Shown here: one piece after another, positions 50,528 to 63,683 of the stretch | Numbering within the stretch: position 1 is the stretch's first letter | How the letters are laid out: each line of letters starts with the position of its first letter | NCBI RefSeq assembly: GCF_964355755.1 | Contig: NC_092672.1 | Coordinates: 38,756,437 to 38,820,436, forward strand | Length of the DNA stretch: 64,000 nt | Source of the DNA: Antedon mediterranea | Lineage: Eukaryota > Animalia > Echinodermata | Reading direction: 5' to 3' | Program-made: the position numbers and the translations under genes | Notes under the pieces: generated by a model | What the model was told of the DNA's origin: nothing | What the model saw: only the letters and a program-made list of their open reading frames with translations | The model's database searches: none

Positions 50528-51494
50528 TATATAGCTGAAGGCTAGATGTCAAAGAACAATGTTATCGCAGTTCAAAAAGTGATTCTCCATGGAGAGGGAA
50601 CCAACAAGATGGCGGCTGCAATCGACCAATCAGATATGCCCTACGCAGTCTGCACTGCTATGCCTGTGTTGAGCCTATCTGTGTGAAAACAATACGCAAC
50701 GAAGCGTGTGAAGCGTATAAACGACAACGCATTCTATATGATCCTTGTATACAGAGAATGGTAGATTACCAAGAAATTATTCATTCCATTGCGATTAACA
50801 ATATATTTAAGTTTATAAAAACTTCACTGTGCTATGCCAAGAATATGTGTTGAAAATTAAGTGTTCTTAATGCAATATTATTAATTTTATATTAAATAAT
50901 GTTTTTGAACACATTTACGGCCGCCATCTTGTTGGTTCCCCCTCCTCCTGTTGGTGGAATTCAGTGAGTTGTAAGCCGAAGGTTAGAGGGCGTACTCCAG
51001 ACTGAAAAGTGATTCCAACAGGAGGGGAAAATACAAGATGGCGGCCGTAAATGTGTTCAAAAACATTATTTAATATAAAAAATAATAATCTAATATTGCA
51101 TTAAGAACACTTAATTTTCAACACATATTCTTGGCATAGCACAGTGAAGTTTTTATAAAATTAAATATATTTTTAATCGCAATGGAATTAATAATTTCTT
51201 GGTAATCTACCATTTTTGTATACAAGGATCATATAGAATGCGTTGTCGTTTATACGCTGTGTCGCGGATCGTTCTCAAGCAGAACAGGCGTTGTAGTGCG
51301 TATTGCACAGGGCATATCTGATTGGTCGATTGCAGCCGCCATCTTGTTAGTTCCCTTTCCATGGAGAATCACTTTCTGAACTGCGATAACATTGTTCTTT
51401 GACATTTAGCCTTCGGCTATATAAGTAATAAACATTGGTGGAATCACTTTTCAGTTTGGAGTACGCCCTCTAGCCTTCGGCTTACAGCTCACTG
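50528..51494. mobile_element. Two copies of an about 470 bp repeat element, one nested in the other in opposite orientation
   Basis: 50528-50950 is the reverse complement of about 51018-51423; 50962-51017 is the reverse complement of 51440-51494; TTGGTGGAAT duplicated at 50951-50960 and 51435-51444. Confidence 0.75.
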
Positions 51495-52149
51495 TAAATT
51501 CCTCATTTGCTAATTATAGAAACCTCTATAGCGCCCGCTGTAGGATATTTTTACTTGGGGTTTTTTTATGATATTATTTGAGCCGACAATACCTTCCGTG
51601 TTTGGTAATTTCATTTTAAAATTTGTTTTAATTAATTGTTTATGTAGATACTGTACCATAATGTTCTTGATAAATATTTTGTGTGTTTTATTAATTTAAA
51701 ATGTTTTAGCCTGCTATAATAACATACAGTAAAATGATTAATCTGCGCCGATTATTCTAGCTAGGCTAGGCCTCAGAGTACTGTATCATCATATCAATAA
51801 TAATCAATCTATTCGTACATAGTACGTCGTAGCCTTTTTTCTTCCTAGGCTTCCGAGTAATAGATATAGAGGGAGAGAGCTAGACTCGGGGGAAAGAGAG
51901 AGATAGGCTTACATCCGGCTAGAGGACACTATTAAAAGTAAATGTGTGATGTTATGATAACCAATCGATAATGCGCTCTATTGGTCATATTGTACTATAT
52001 TTATTTTAATATCTTTCGACATTCGAAAGGATAGCCACTATGAGTTATTTATGCTTAAATTAAACCTAATATTTTTATAATAATAATATTTTTTCTATTT
52101 CTTGTGTTCACAGATTTCTACATGAAAAGAAACCAAAAAGATTAATGTC

Positions 52150-54615
52150 ATGGATAGCGCAACATTTCTGTCAAAGGTTAGGGAAGGCAGCGGAACAGTT
52201 GAAGATCTTAATCAACTTATTTCGGTAAATGGAGATATAAATGCCGTAGACAATGTTGGTAATTCAGCTCTTTTTTACTCCATTTCAAATAACGACGACG
52301 AGTTATTTTCATCCTTAATGGAATCTGGATCAAATATTAACTATAAAAACAAAGATGGATGGACGGTACTAATGAAAGCAGCTGCTAGAAATAATATTGA
52401 ACACATTAAAAGTCTTGCCTCAAAAGGAGCCCTTCTGAATGAAACCTCATTCCAACAAGAAACCGCTGTGATTATAGCAGCTGAAAGAGGAAATAAACGA
52501 GCCTTAGAAACGTTGCTGGATATAGGTGCCTGCAAGTATCATGAAGCTAGACTATTTACAGCTATTCATTTACCAACATTAGCTTTTGCAATATACCGTG
52601 GAAGCCATGTTGAGTCTGCTGTCTTAGACACAGCACTAAGTCTGATTGAGTTAAGTAAACATGATATGTTTATTCAAAGTTGTCTGGATTTTGGGTTTGG
52701 TGCTTTACATCTAGCGGCAATATCTGGTGTTCTTGACCTTGATAGCTTACGTGGGAAAGGCTTGGAGGTTGACCCACTAACAGAAGCAGGACGAACACCA
52801 TTGATGCTGGCAGCGCAAAGTAATAATTTACCTTGTGTAAAATGGTTGGTAGAACATGATGCAAATATCCAACATTCTGATACCTATGGCGTGACTGTTC
52901 TACACTTGGCAACTGCTACTGGACATACTAAAATAGTAGAATATCTTCTTAAAGAGGGAGCATGTGTTGATGCTGTAGATAATACTGGTTTAACATCATT
53001 AATGTTTGCTACATACTTTAATCATGAACAAACGATTGAAGTTCTCTTGAGCAGTGGAGCTGATGCATCTGTAGGATCCAAAGCAGGAATCTCAGTGTTG
53101 CACATAAGTGCATTTCAGAACAAGAAAACGATCATTGAACTGTTTGCGTCTAAAGGCCTGCCACTTGATGTTGTAACTGAAGATGGACGCACAGCATTAA
53201 TGTATTGTATTCCAAAATCTTGCATAAATGCCTTAAAAGCTCTTATTTCAGCTGGTGCAGATGTGAATGGAAAGGACATGAATGGGTGGACTGCGTTACA
53301 TTACTCTTGTATTTTTGGAAATCTTGAAGTCACAACCATTCTCCTAGATAAAGGAGCAGATGTCAATACAGTAGCACAGAAGACAAATGAGGTTATAGAG
53401 GAAGAGTTGAACTGTTCTATGGATGATGATGAAGTTAGCAAGAGTGTTTTTGGTATTGAATGGGTGCCGTTAACTGTAGCGTCCTTGCTATCCAAAGTGG
53501 ATATAGTTAGATTACTTCTAGGACGTGATGCTGGGGCAGCAGGAAAAGCAGATACAGCTTTGATTAGCTGTATTGGAGGAGCTATACTTAAAAAGTTTGG
53601 CTATAATGATGGTATAAATAATTATGCAGACATTGTGAGTTTATTGGCGGCACATGGGGCTGATGTTAATTGTAAAACATATGATGGAAGCTCAATGTTA
53701 ATGTTTGCATCCACTCATGGTTTAGAACGTATTGTTGTTAGACTTCTGGAATTGGGTGCTGATCCTCTCTTTCGTAAAGAAGACAATACTACTGCTTTGG
53801 GCTTAGCAACAAGAAACCATCAAGAAAAGGTTGTGAAAATCCTTCAAGATTGGATAGTAAAGGTTCAACCTCATTATCGTGGCAACTTTGATGAGGTTGA
53901 TGCAGCGCCTGCAGGTCCAGCAACAAGCGCAAAAGTTATAGATCAATTATATTCCGACATGCAGGATATGAAACGTCTTATGAGTCATATGCAGTCAGCC
54001 ATGAGGACGCAGATGTCTCCAGGTGGAGACCCAACACCACCCAGTATTACTTCGTCTGTTGGTAACTACTTTTCAGGTGATGGTGAGGTTGACCAAGAGC
54101 TAGCCAAACTTGCTGAGGATCTTGGACCAGAATGGAAGGACTTGGCCATATCTTTAGGTTTTAACAGCGCTCAAGTTAGCCATTTTGAATCAGTTCCGGG
54201 TGATGTGCCAAATCATATCACATCAATGTTGATGAAATGGAGGAATACTGTTGCAGATAAAACAGAACGAGACAAAATTTTGTCGGAAGCACTGAAAAAT
54301 AGTTGTCGTCGCTATGATCTTGCGGAAAAAATTACCAAGATAGATAGTGTAGATAGACCGAGTGAGAAAAAAACTCTTTTAGCACTTTCTAGTAGTCTTG
54401 GTGCAGAATGGAAACCTGTTGCAATATACTTACGTGTTCCTAGTGGTGTAATTGAACAGAAACAAATGCAACATAAAGTGGTTAAGGATCAAATTTATGC
54501 CGTGTTGTTGGTGTGGGCTCGTGGACCTATGCCAAAACCTTGGAAATCAGAGCTAGAGTTTGCTTTAAGAGAAGTTGGTCGCATTGACTTGGCTGATTCT
54601 ATAAACATACTGTAA
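52150..54615 (+). CDS. Ankyrin-repeat protein with two C-terminal death domains (821 aa, single coding exon)
   Basis: About 15 ankyrin repeats (GWTVLMKAA, GRTPLMLAA, GVTVLHLA, GWTALHYS); two death-domain signatures LAEDLGPEWKDLAISLGF...MLMKW...RYDLAEKI and LSSSLGAEWKPVAIYLRV...LLVW...ALREVGRIDLADSI; acceptor ttcacAG at 52112-52113 implies a 5' UTR intron. Confidence 0.88.
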   Translation: MDSATFLSKVREGSGTVEDLNQLISVNGDINAVDNVGNSALFYSISNNDDELFSSLMESGSNINYKNKDGWTVLMKAAARNNIEHIKSLASKGALLNETSFQQETAVIIAAERGNKRALETLLDIGACKYHEARLFTAIHLPTLAFAIYRGSHVESAVLDTALSLIELSKHDMFIQSCLDFGFGALHLAAISGVLDLDSLRGKGLEVDPLTEAGRTPLMLAAQSNNLPCVKWLVEHDANIQHSDTYGVTVLHLATATGHTKIVEYLLKEGACVDAVDNTGLTSLMFATYFNHEQTIEVLLSSGADASVGSKAGISVLHISAFQNKKTIIELFASKGLPLDVVTEDGRTALMYCIPKSCINALKALISAGADVNGKDMNGWTALHYSCIFGNLEVTTILLDKGADVNTVAQKTNEVIEEELNCSMDDDEVSKSVFGIEWVPLTVASLLSKVDIVRLLLGRDAGAAGKADTALISCIGGAILKKFGYNDGINNYADIVSLLAAHGADVNCKTYDGSSMLMFASTHGLERIVVRLLELGADPLFRKEDNTTALGLATRNHQEKVVKILQDWIVKVQPHYRGNFDEVDAAPAGPATSAKVIDQLYSDMQDMKRLMSHMQSAMRTQMSPGGDPTPPSITSSVGNYFSGDGEVDQELAKLAEDLGPEWKDLAISLGFNSAQVSHFESVPGDVPNHITSMLMKWRNTVADKTERDKILSEALKNSCRRYDLAEKITKIDSVDRPSEKKTLLALSSSLGAEWKPVAIYLRVPSGVIEQKQMQHKVVKDQIYAVLLVWARGPMPKPWKSELEFALREVGRIDLADSINIL

Positions 54616-55159
54616 TATCAGAATATACACTGGATGGAATATACATCTGTGATTTAATCATTGTATTAAATAGTACAGTATAAGTTAAAATAACTATAGC
54701 GAGGCAGTTTAAGTATTTTATAGTTTTCAACATTCCTCTGCAATTTCCATTGAAAGTTTTCAGGCAATGATAACAATTATGCTTAATGCAAAAAATAGGC
54801 CATAACAACAAACATTAGATTTACTTGCGTGTATAGAGTCCTGAATCATTGGATTATAAGAGGGCCCCTGAAATGTGTTTTTTGTTATAAATTAAGAGGG
54901 TCCCTGAAATTGTTATTAAAACATTTAAAATAAAAGAACAGAATTAGACACAACCTCATGAAGTATTTTGCACATAAACAGTCATCATAGTAAAATAAAA
55001 ATATTAATTTTACTGCAACATTTTTCATAAAGTATTTTAGGTATTTTGTGTTACTTTTTATTAATGTGCTTATCTACCAATATGTGCTTTTATTTGGTTG
55101 TGTATAGCATCCCATGATGTTTGTAATAAAAAAGTAACAAAAACAATCATATTTGCCCT

Positions 55160-55262
55160 CCTGACTTTATTATATGATATCAGGAATACTCCCTGGGTTA
55201 GGGTTAGGGTAACCCTAACCCTAACCCTGACTTTATTATATGATATCAGGAATACTCCCTGG
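55160..55262. repeat. Palindromic interstitial telomeric sequence between 37 bp direct repeats
   Basis: GGGTTAGGGTTAGGGT-AACCCTAACCCTAACCC between two copies of CCTGACTTTATTATATGATATCAGGAATACTCCCTGG (55160-55196, 55226-55262). Confidence 0.85.
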
Positions 55263-56137
55263 ATAATGCAAAGATAGAGTACAACACCATAAGTACATTC
55301 TGGTGGTACACTGCACTTTACATGATGTAACTCAATTTATGCATGAATGGCGCTCCATAGTTGGTTAGTGAACAAAGATCGTATACTGTATACTGCCGGG
55401 TATTGACAAACTGCAAGCCAGCGAGGCATGCGATTCGTATTGACTCGCCTTATAAAACAGCGAAAATCGGGTAACACTAGCCCTTCACTCTTCTCTTGGA
55501 TAGAGTTAGAGAATACAATGGCGTTGATACCTGATATGTTAAAAAAAATTTCTTAAATAACAATTTAAATTATAAAAAGTATGCTTATAAATACGTCTTT
55601 TTAAATGACCTGGATAAGTACTGTAATGACATGTTTGATGTTATGGATTTTATTCCAAAGTGTGGCACATGAATAATTAACAGAAATTGTCCAGTGTTTT
55701 TTTTTTTTTTTAATGATAACTTGATAAGATTACCCTTGTTTGTGATCTTGTTACACGACTGTAAAATATTGATGAATTTCATGCATGGGTTCAAATACCA
55801 TGCTGGTCGGATCAGGGTTTACATCTCCCTGGTCGGATAGACATGAATTGCATGCCTTGCTGAGCTATATTGTGTAGTCGTTTTTTGATAACTGAGAACT
55901 ATCAGTGTGTATCATCCTCGTACATAACTGTTTCTTAGTTGTAATAAAGATCACATTATTATAACATCTAGCATGTTATTATAGTATATAAATTGATAGG
56001 TACCAATACTAATATTTTTATTTTCAAAAAAATTCGATAAGTATTTTAATAACACTAAAACAACATTCTTAATATAACAAATGATATGTAGTACTACTAA
56101 ATCAATGTCTAATGCATAAAGGACTATGTACAGTATT

Positions 56138-59100
56138 ATGATCAGTGTAGTTACAATTTGATAACTGAGCACGCATCTTTTAATATCTACCTCATCAATA
56201 ATTAGCATTGATATCATATATCAGATTGTTGGATATGATCAGTGTAGTTACAATTTGATAACTGAGCACGCATCTTTTAATATCTACCTCATCAATAATT
56301 AGCATTGATATCATATATCAGATTGTTGGATATGATCAGTGTAGTCATAATTTGATAACTGAGCACGCATCTTTTAATATCTACCTCATCAATAATTATT
56401 ATTAATAATCTATATCACATTGTTCGATATAATCAGTGTAGTCAAAATTTGATAACTGAGCACGCATCTTTTAATATCTACCTCATCAATAATTATTACT
56501 AATAATCTATATCACATTGTGCGATATGATCAGTGTAGTCAGAATTTGATAACTGAGCACGCATCTTTTAATATCTACCTCATCAATAATTATTATTAAT
56601 AATCTATATCACATTGTTCGATATAATCAGTGTAGTCAAAATTTGATAACTGAGCACGCATCTTTTAATATCTACCTCATCAATAATTATTACTAATATA
56701 TCACATTGTGCGATATGATCAGTGTAGTCAGAATTTGATAACTGAGCACGCATCTTTTAATATCTACCTCATCAATAATTATTATTAATATCTTATATCA
56801 CATTGTTGGATATGATCAGTGTAGTCATAATTTGATAACTGAGCACGCATCTTTAAATGTTTACCTCATCAATAATTATTATTAATAATCTATAGCACAT
56901 TGTTTGATATGATCATTGTAGTCATAATTTGATAACTGAGCACGCACCTTTTAATATCTACCTCATCAATAATTAATGTTAATAATCTAAATCACATTGT
57001 TGGATATGATCAGTGTAGTCATAATTTGATTACTGAGCACGCATCTTTTAATATCTACCTCATCAATAATTATTATTAATATCTTATATCACATTGTTGG
57101 ATATGATCAGTGTAGTCATAATTTGATAACTGAGCACGCATCTTTAAATATCTACATCATCAATAATTATTAATAATAATCTATATCACATTTTGGGATA
57201 TGATCAGTGTAGTCATAATTTGATAACTGAGCACGCATCTTTTAATATCTACCTCATCAATAATTATTATTAATATCTTATATCACATTGTTGGATATGA
57301 TCAGTGTAGTCAGAATTTGATAACTGAGCACGCATCTTTAAATATCTTACCTCATCAATAATTATTATTAATAATCTATATCACATTGTTGGATATAATC
57401 AGTGTAGTCATAATTTGATAACTGAGCACGCATCTTTTAATATCTACCTCATCAATAATTATTATTAATAATCTATAGCACATTGTTTGATATGATCAGT
57501 GTAGTCATAATTTGATAACTGAGCACGCATCTTTAAATATCTACATCATCAATAATTATTAATAATAATCTATATCACATTTTTGGATATGATCAGTGTA
57601 GTCATAATTTGATAACTGAGCACGCATCTTTAAATATCCACCTAATCAATAATTATTAATAATATCATATATCACATTGTTCGATATGATCAGTGTAGTC
57701 AGAATTTGATAACTGAGCACGCATCTTTTAATATCTACCTCATCAATAATTATTATTAATATCTTATATCACATTGTTGGATATGATCAGTGTAGTCAGA
57801 ATTTGATAACTGAGCACGCATCTTTTAATATCTACCTCATCAATAATTATTATTAATAATCTATAGCACATTGTTTGATATGATCAGTGTAGTCATAATT
57901 TGATAACTGAGCACGCATCTTTAAATATCTACCTCATCAATAATTATTATTAATAATCTATAGCACATTGTTTGATATGATCAGTGTAGTCAGAATTTGA
58001 TAACTGAGCACGCATCTTTTAATATCTACCTCATCAATAATTATTATTAATAATCTATAGCACATTGTTTGATATGATCAGTGTAGTCATAATTTGATAA
58101 CTGAGCACGCATCTTTTAATATCTACCTCATCAATAATTAATGTTAATAATCTAAATCACATTGTTGGATATGATCAGTGTAGTCATAATTTGATAACTG
58201 AGCACGCATCTTTAAATATCTACCTCATCAATAATTATTATTAATAATCTATATCACATTGTTGGATATAATCAGTGTAGTCATAATTTGATAACTGAGC
58301 ACGCATCTTTAAATATCTACATCATCAATAATTATTAATAATAATCTATATCACATTTTGGGATATGATTAGTGTAGTCATAATTTGATAACTGAGCACG
58401 CATCTTTCAATATCTACATCATCAATAATTATTATTAATATCTTATATCACATTGTTTGATATGATCAGTGTAGTCAGAATTTGATAACTGAGCACGCAT
58501 CTTTTAATATCTACCTCATCAATAATTATTATTAATATCTTATATCACATTGTTGGATATGATCAGTGTAGTCAGAATTTGATAACTGAGCACGCATCTT
58601 TTAATATCTACCTCATCAATAATTATTATTAATAATCTATAGCACATTGTTTGATATGATCAGTGTAGTCATAATTTGATAACTGAGCACGCATCTTTAA
58701 ATATCTACCTCATCAATAATTATTATTAATAATCTATAGCACATTGTTTGATATGATCAGTGTAGTCATAATTTGATAACTGAGCACGCATCTTTAAATA
58801 TCTACCTCATCAATAATTATTATTAATAATCTATATCACATTGTTGGATATAATCAGTGTAGTCATAATTTGATAACTGAGCACGCATCTTTAAATATCT
58901 ACATCATCAATAATTATTAATAATAATCTATATCACATTTTGGGATATGATTAGTGTAGTCATAATTTGATAACTGAGCACGCATCTTTCAATATCTACA
59001 TCATCAATAATTATTATTAATATCTTATATCACATTGTTTGATATGATCAGTGTAGTCAGAATTTGATAACTGAGCACGCATCTTTTAATATCTACCTCA

Positions 59101-60210
59101 TCAATAATTATTATTAATATCTTATATCACATTGTTGGATATGATCAGTGTAGTCAGAATTTGATAACTGAGCACGCATCTTTTAATATCTACCTCATCA
59201 ATAATTATTATTAATAATCTATAGCACATTGTTTGATATGATCAGTGTAGTCATAATTTGATAACTGAGCACGCATCTTTAAATATCTACCTCATCAATA
59301 ATTATTATTAATAATCTATAGCACATTGTTTGATATGATCAGTGTAGTCAGAATTTGATAACTGAGCACGCATCTTTTAATATCTACCTCATCAATAATT
59401 ATTATTAATAATCTATAGCACATTGTTTGATATGATCAGTGTAGTCATAATTTGATAACTGAGCACGCATCTTTTAATATCTACCTCATCAATAATTAAT
59501 GTTAATAATCTAAATCACATTGTTGGATATGATCAGTGTAGTCATAATTTGATAACTGAGCACGCATCTTTAAATATCTACCTCATCAATAATTATTATT
59601 AATAATCTATATCACATTGTTGGATATAATCAGTGTAGTCATAATTTGATAACTGAGCACGCATCTTTAAATATCTACATCATCAATAATTATTAATAAT
59701 AATCTATATCACATTTTGGGATATGATTAGTGTAGTCATAATTTGATAACTGAGCACGCATCTTTCAATATCTACATCATCAATAATTATTATTAATATC
59801 TTATATCACATTGTTTGATATGATCAGTGTAGTCATAATTTGATAACTGAGCACGCATCTTTAAATATCTACATCATCAATAATTATTAATAATAATCTA
59901 TATCACATTGTGGGATATGATCAGTGTAGTCATAATTTGATAACTGAGCACGCATCTTTAAATATCTACCTCATCAATAATTATTATTAAGATCTTATAT
60001 CACAATGTTGGATACGATTAGTGTAGTCAAAATTTGATAACTGATCACGCATCTTTAAATATCTACATCATCAATAATTATTAATAATAATCTATATCAC
60101 ATTGTGGGATATGATCAGTGTAGTCATAATTTGATAACTGAGCACGCATCTTTTAATATCTACCTAATCAATAATAATTATTAATACTTAATGTTGGATA
60201 TGATCAGTGT
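56138..60210 (+). repeat. Satellite 1: about 97 bp AT-rich unit, about 42 copies
   Basis: Unit ATGATCAGTGTAGTCATAATTTGATAACTGAGCACGCATCTTTTAATATCTACCTCATCAATAATTATTATTAATAATCTATATCACATTGTTGGAT. Confidence 0.97.
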
Positions 60211-60890
60211 GATTTTGTTAGATTTACTGTATACAAGAGATCGAGTCGATGGGTTTTGAAAATGTGTTATTCTTTTGTTCCTAATCACCCTATTGATTTG
60301 TATCCGTTTGCTGTTTAAATTTATACTTTTAAGAACGCATCGTTTATGATGAACGTGTGCCGTTGTAAAAATAAAAATATTCCATATCTTTTTATGTTTG
60401 ATATGTATTGTAGGGGCCATCATGAGACATGCTTTGGCTTCTATTGAGGGTCCCAGTTCTTCTTAACAGAATAAATGTGCAGTGAATGAATAATTTGATA
60501 AATGAGGACGTGTGTTTTAACATCGATCTATTCAGACCGTAATACTCTTCCAGAAATGATATGTTGCTATAATAGGCCTATGACAAATTTCCATTACATT
60601 ATTAATTCAATTAAGATTTGAAATGTGTCAGAAATACTAAAGAAATCCAGTAATCTTATTGATTAATAATTATTTATACCATTTCTGATGAACGAACAGA
60701 AAACTAAACTTGCAGCCAATCAAAAAGCTGCTGTACTGTATAAGTAGGGAATTTTAAGTAGGAGTTGTTTTAAATGTCATTGGTCTCGGCTAATCAGTTA
60801 TTGCCATTTGACTATGATAGGCATCTTTATTACCAAACAATATTAAAATGTAATGATTTCCTTCACTTTTTACAACCTAGTTTGTGTTTT

Positions 60891-63665
60891 AAAATGTCAA
60901 TTTTGGATAAATTTACAGATTTTACTATTTAAACTGCGTAAACTTAATGCTAACTTTAAAAAAACACCCACAAACATCATCCAAACAACTTAATATTGAT
61001 TATACCACTACAAGAACTATAAAAGAGGACAATTTATGAAATAATTTCATTGAAATAGCTCTAGGTTTGAATTTTTAGGGTAAAAGATGTCAATTTTGGA
61101 TAAATTTACAGATTTTGCCATGTAAACTGTGCAAACTTTAAAAAAACACCCCACAAACATCATCCAAACCACTTAATATTGAGTATACCACTACTAGAAC
61201 TATAAAAGAGGACAATTTATGAAATAATTTTATTGAAATAGCTCTAGGTTTGAATTTTTAGGGTAAAAAATGTCAATTTTGGATAAATTTACAGATTTTA
61301 CCATGTAAACTGCGTAAACTTAATGCAAACTTTTAAAAAACACCCACAAACATCATCCAAACAACTTAATATTGATTATACCACTATTAGAACTATAAAA
61401 GAGGACAATTTATGAAATAATTTTATTGAAATAGCTCTGGTTTGAATTTTTAGGGTAAAAAATGTCAATTTTGGATAAATTTACAGATTTTGCCATGTAA
61501 ACTGCGTAAACTTAATGCTAACTTAACAAAAACACCCCACAAACATCATTCAAACAACTTAATATTGATTAAATCACTACTAGAACTGTAAAAGAAGAGA
61601 ATTTTTGAAATCAATTTATTGAAATAGCTCTAAGTTTGACTTTTTAGGGTGAAAAATGTCAATTTTGGATAAATTTACAGATTTTACCATGTAAACTGCG
61701 TAAACTTAATGCTAACTTAACAAAAACACCCCACAAACATCATCCAAACAACTTAATATTGATTATACCACTACTAGAACTATAAAAGAGGACAATTTAT
61801 GAAATCAATTTATTGAAATAGCTCTAAGTTTGACTTTTTAGGGTGAAAAATGTCAATTTTGGATAAATTTACAGATTTTACCATTTAAACAGCGTAAACT
61901 TAATGCAAACTTTAAAAAAACACCCACAAACATCATCCAAAGCACTTAATATTGATTATACCACTACAAGAACTATAAAAGAGGACAATTTATGAAATAA
62001 TTTTATTGAAATAGCTCTAGGTTTGAATTTTTAGGGTAAAAGATGTCAATTTTGGATAAATTTACAGATTTTGCCATGTAAACTGTGCAAACTTTAAAAA
62101 AACACCCCACAAACATCATCCAAACCACTTAATATTGAGTATACCACTACTAGAACTATAAAAGAGGACAATTTATGAAATAATTTTATTGAAATAGCTC
62201 TAGGTTTGAATTTTTAGGGTAAAAAATGTCAATTTTGGATAAATTTACAGATTTTACCATGTAAACTGCGTAAACTTAATGCAAACTTTTAAAAAACACC
62301 TACAAACATCATCCAAACAACTTAATATTGATTATACCACTACTAGAACTATAAAAGAGGACAATTTATGAAATAATTTTATTGAAATAGCTCTGGTTTG
62401 AATTTTTAGGGTAAAAAATGTCAATTTTGGATAAATTTACAGATTTTGCCATGTAAACTGCGTAAACTTAATGCTAACTTAACAAAAACACCCCACAAAC
62501 ATCATTCAAACAACTTAATATTGATTATATCACTACTAGAACTGTAAAAAAAGAGAATTTTTGAAATCAATTTATTGAAATAGCTCTGAAGTTTGACTTT
62601 TTAGGGTGAAAAATGTCAATTTTGGATAAATTGACAGATTTTACCATGTAAACTGTGCAAACTTTAAAAAAAACACCCCACAAACATCATCCAAACAACT
62701 TAATATTGATTATACCACTACTAGAACTATAAAAGAGGACAATTTATGAAATCATTTTATTAAAATAGTTCTAGGTATAAATTGACACATTTTACCATGT
62801 AAACTGTGCAAACTTTTAAAAAACACCCCACAAACATCATCCAAACCACTTAATATTGATTATATCATTATTAGAACTATAAAAGAGGACAATTTATGAA
62901 ATAATTTTATTGAAATGGCTCTAAGATTTTTTTAGGAGTGAAAAATGTCAATTTTGGATAATTGACAGATTTTACCATGTAAACTGCGTAAACTTAATTA
63001 AAAAATACCCCACAAACATCATTCAAACAATTGAATACTGATTATACCACTACTAGAACTATAAAAGAAGACAATTTATGAAATCATTTTATTAAAATAG
63101 TTCTAGGTTTGACATTTTTGGGGTGATTATGAAATAATTTTATTGAAATAGCTCTAGGAATAAATTGACACATTTTACCATGTAAACTGTGCAAACTTTT
63201 AAAAAACACCCCACAAACATCATCCAAACCACTTTGATTATATCATTATTAGAACCATAAAAAGAGGACAATTTATGAAATAATTTTATTGAAATGGCTC
63301 TAAGATTTTTTTAGGAGTGAAAAATGTCAATTTTGGATAATTGACAGATTTTACCATGTAAACTGCGTAAACTTAATTAAAAAATACCCCACAAACATCA
63401 TTCAAACAATTGAATACTGATTATACCATTACTAGAAATATAAAAGAAGACAATTTATAAAATCATTTTATTATTAAATAGCTCTAGGTTTGACATTTTT
63501 GGGGTAAAAAACCACTTAATATTGATTATCACTAAAACTATAAAAGAAGACAACTTATGAAATGATTTTATTGAAATAGGTCAAAGTTTGACCTTTTGGA
63601 TAAATTGAACTTTACAATGCAAAAAAGGCCATCTGCAATCATCCTTCAAACCACTTATTATATTA
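60891..63665. repeat. Satellite 2: about 183-195 bp unit, about 15 copies, degenerating rightwards
   Basis: TGTCAATTTTGGATAA starts near 60896, 61088, 61271, 61463, 61657, 61851, 62044, 62227, 62419, 62614. Confidence 0.95.
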
Positions 63666-63683
63666 AGACAATATTAATATTTG

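Noticed and set aside
55466-55490. Second hammerhead (reverse complement shares TGAAGGGCTAGTGTT with 29067-29081)
   Set aside because: Lacks CTGATGA (reads AGAGTGA) and GAAA (reads GATT); coincidence or decayed relic.
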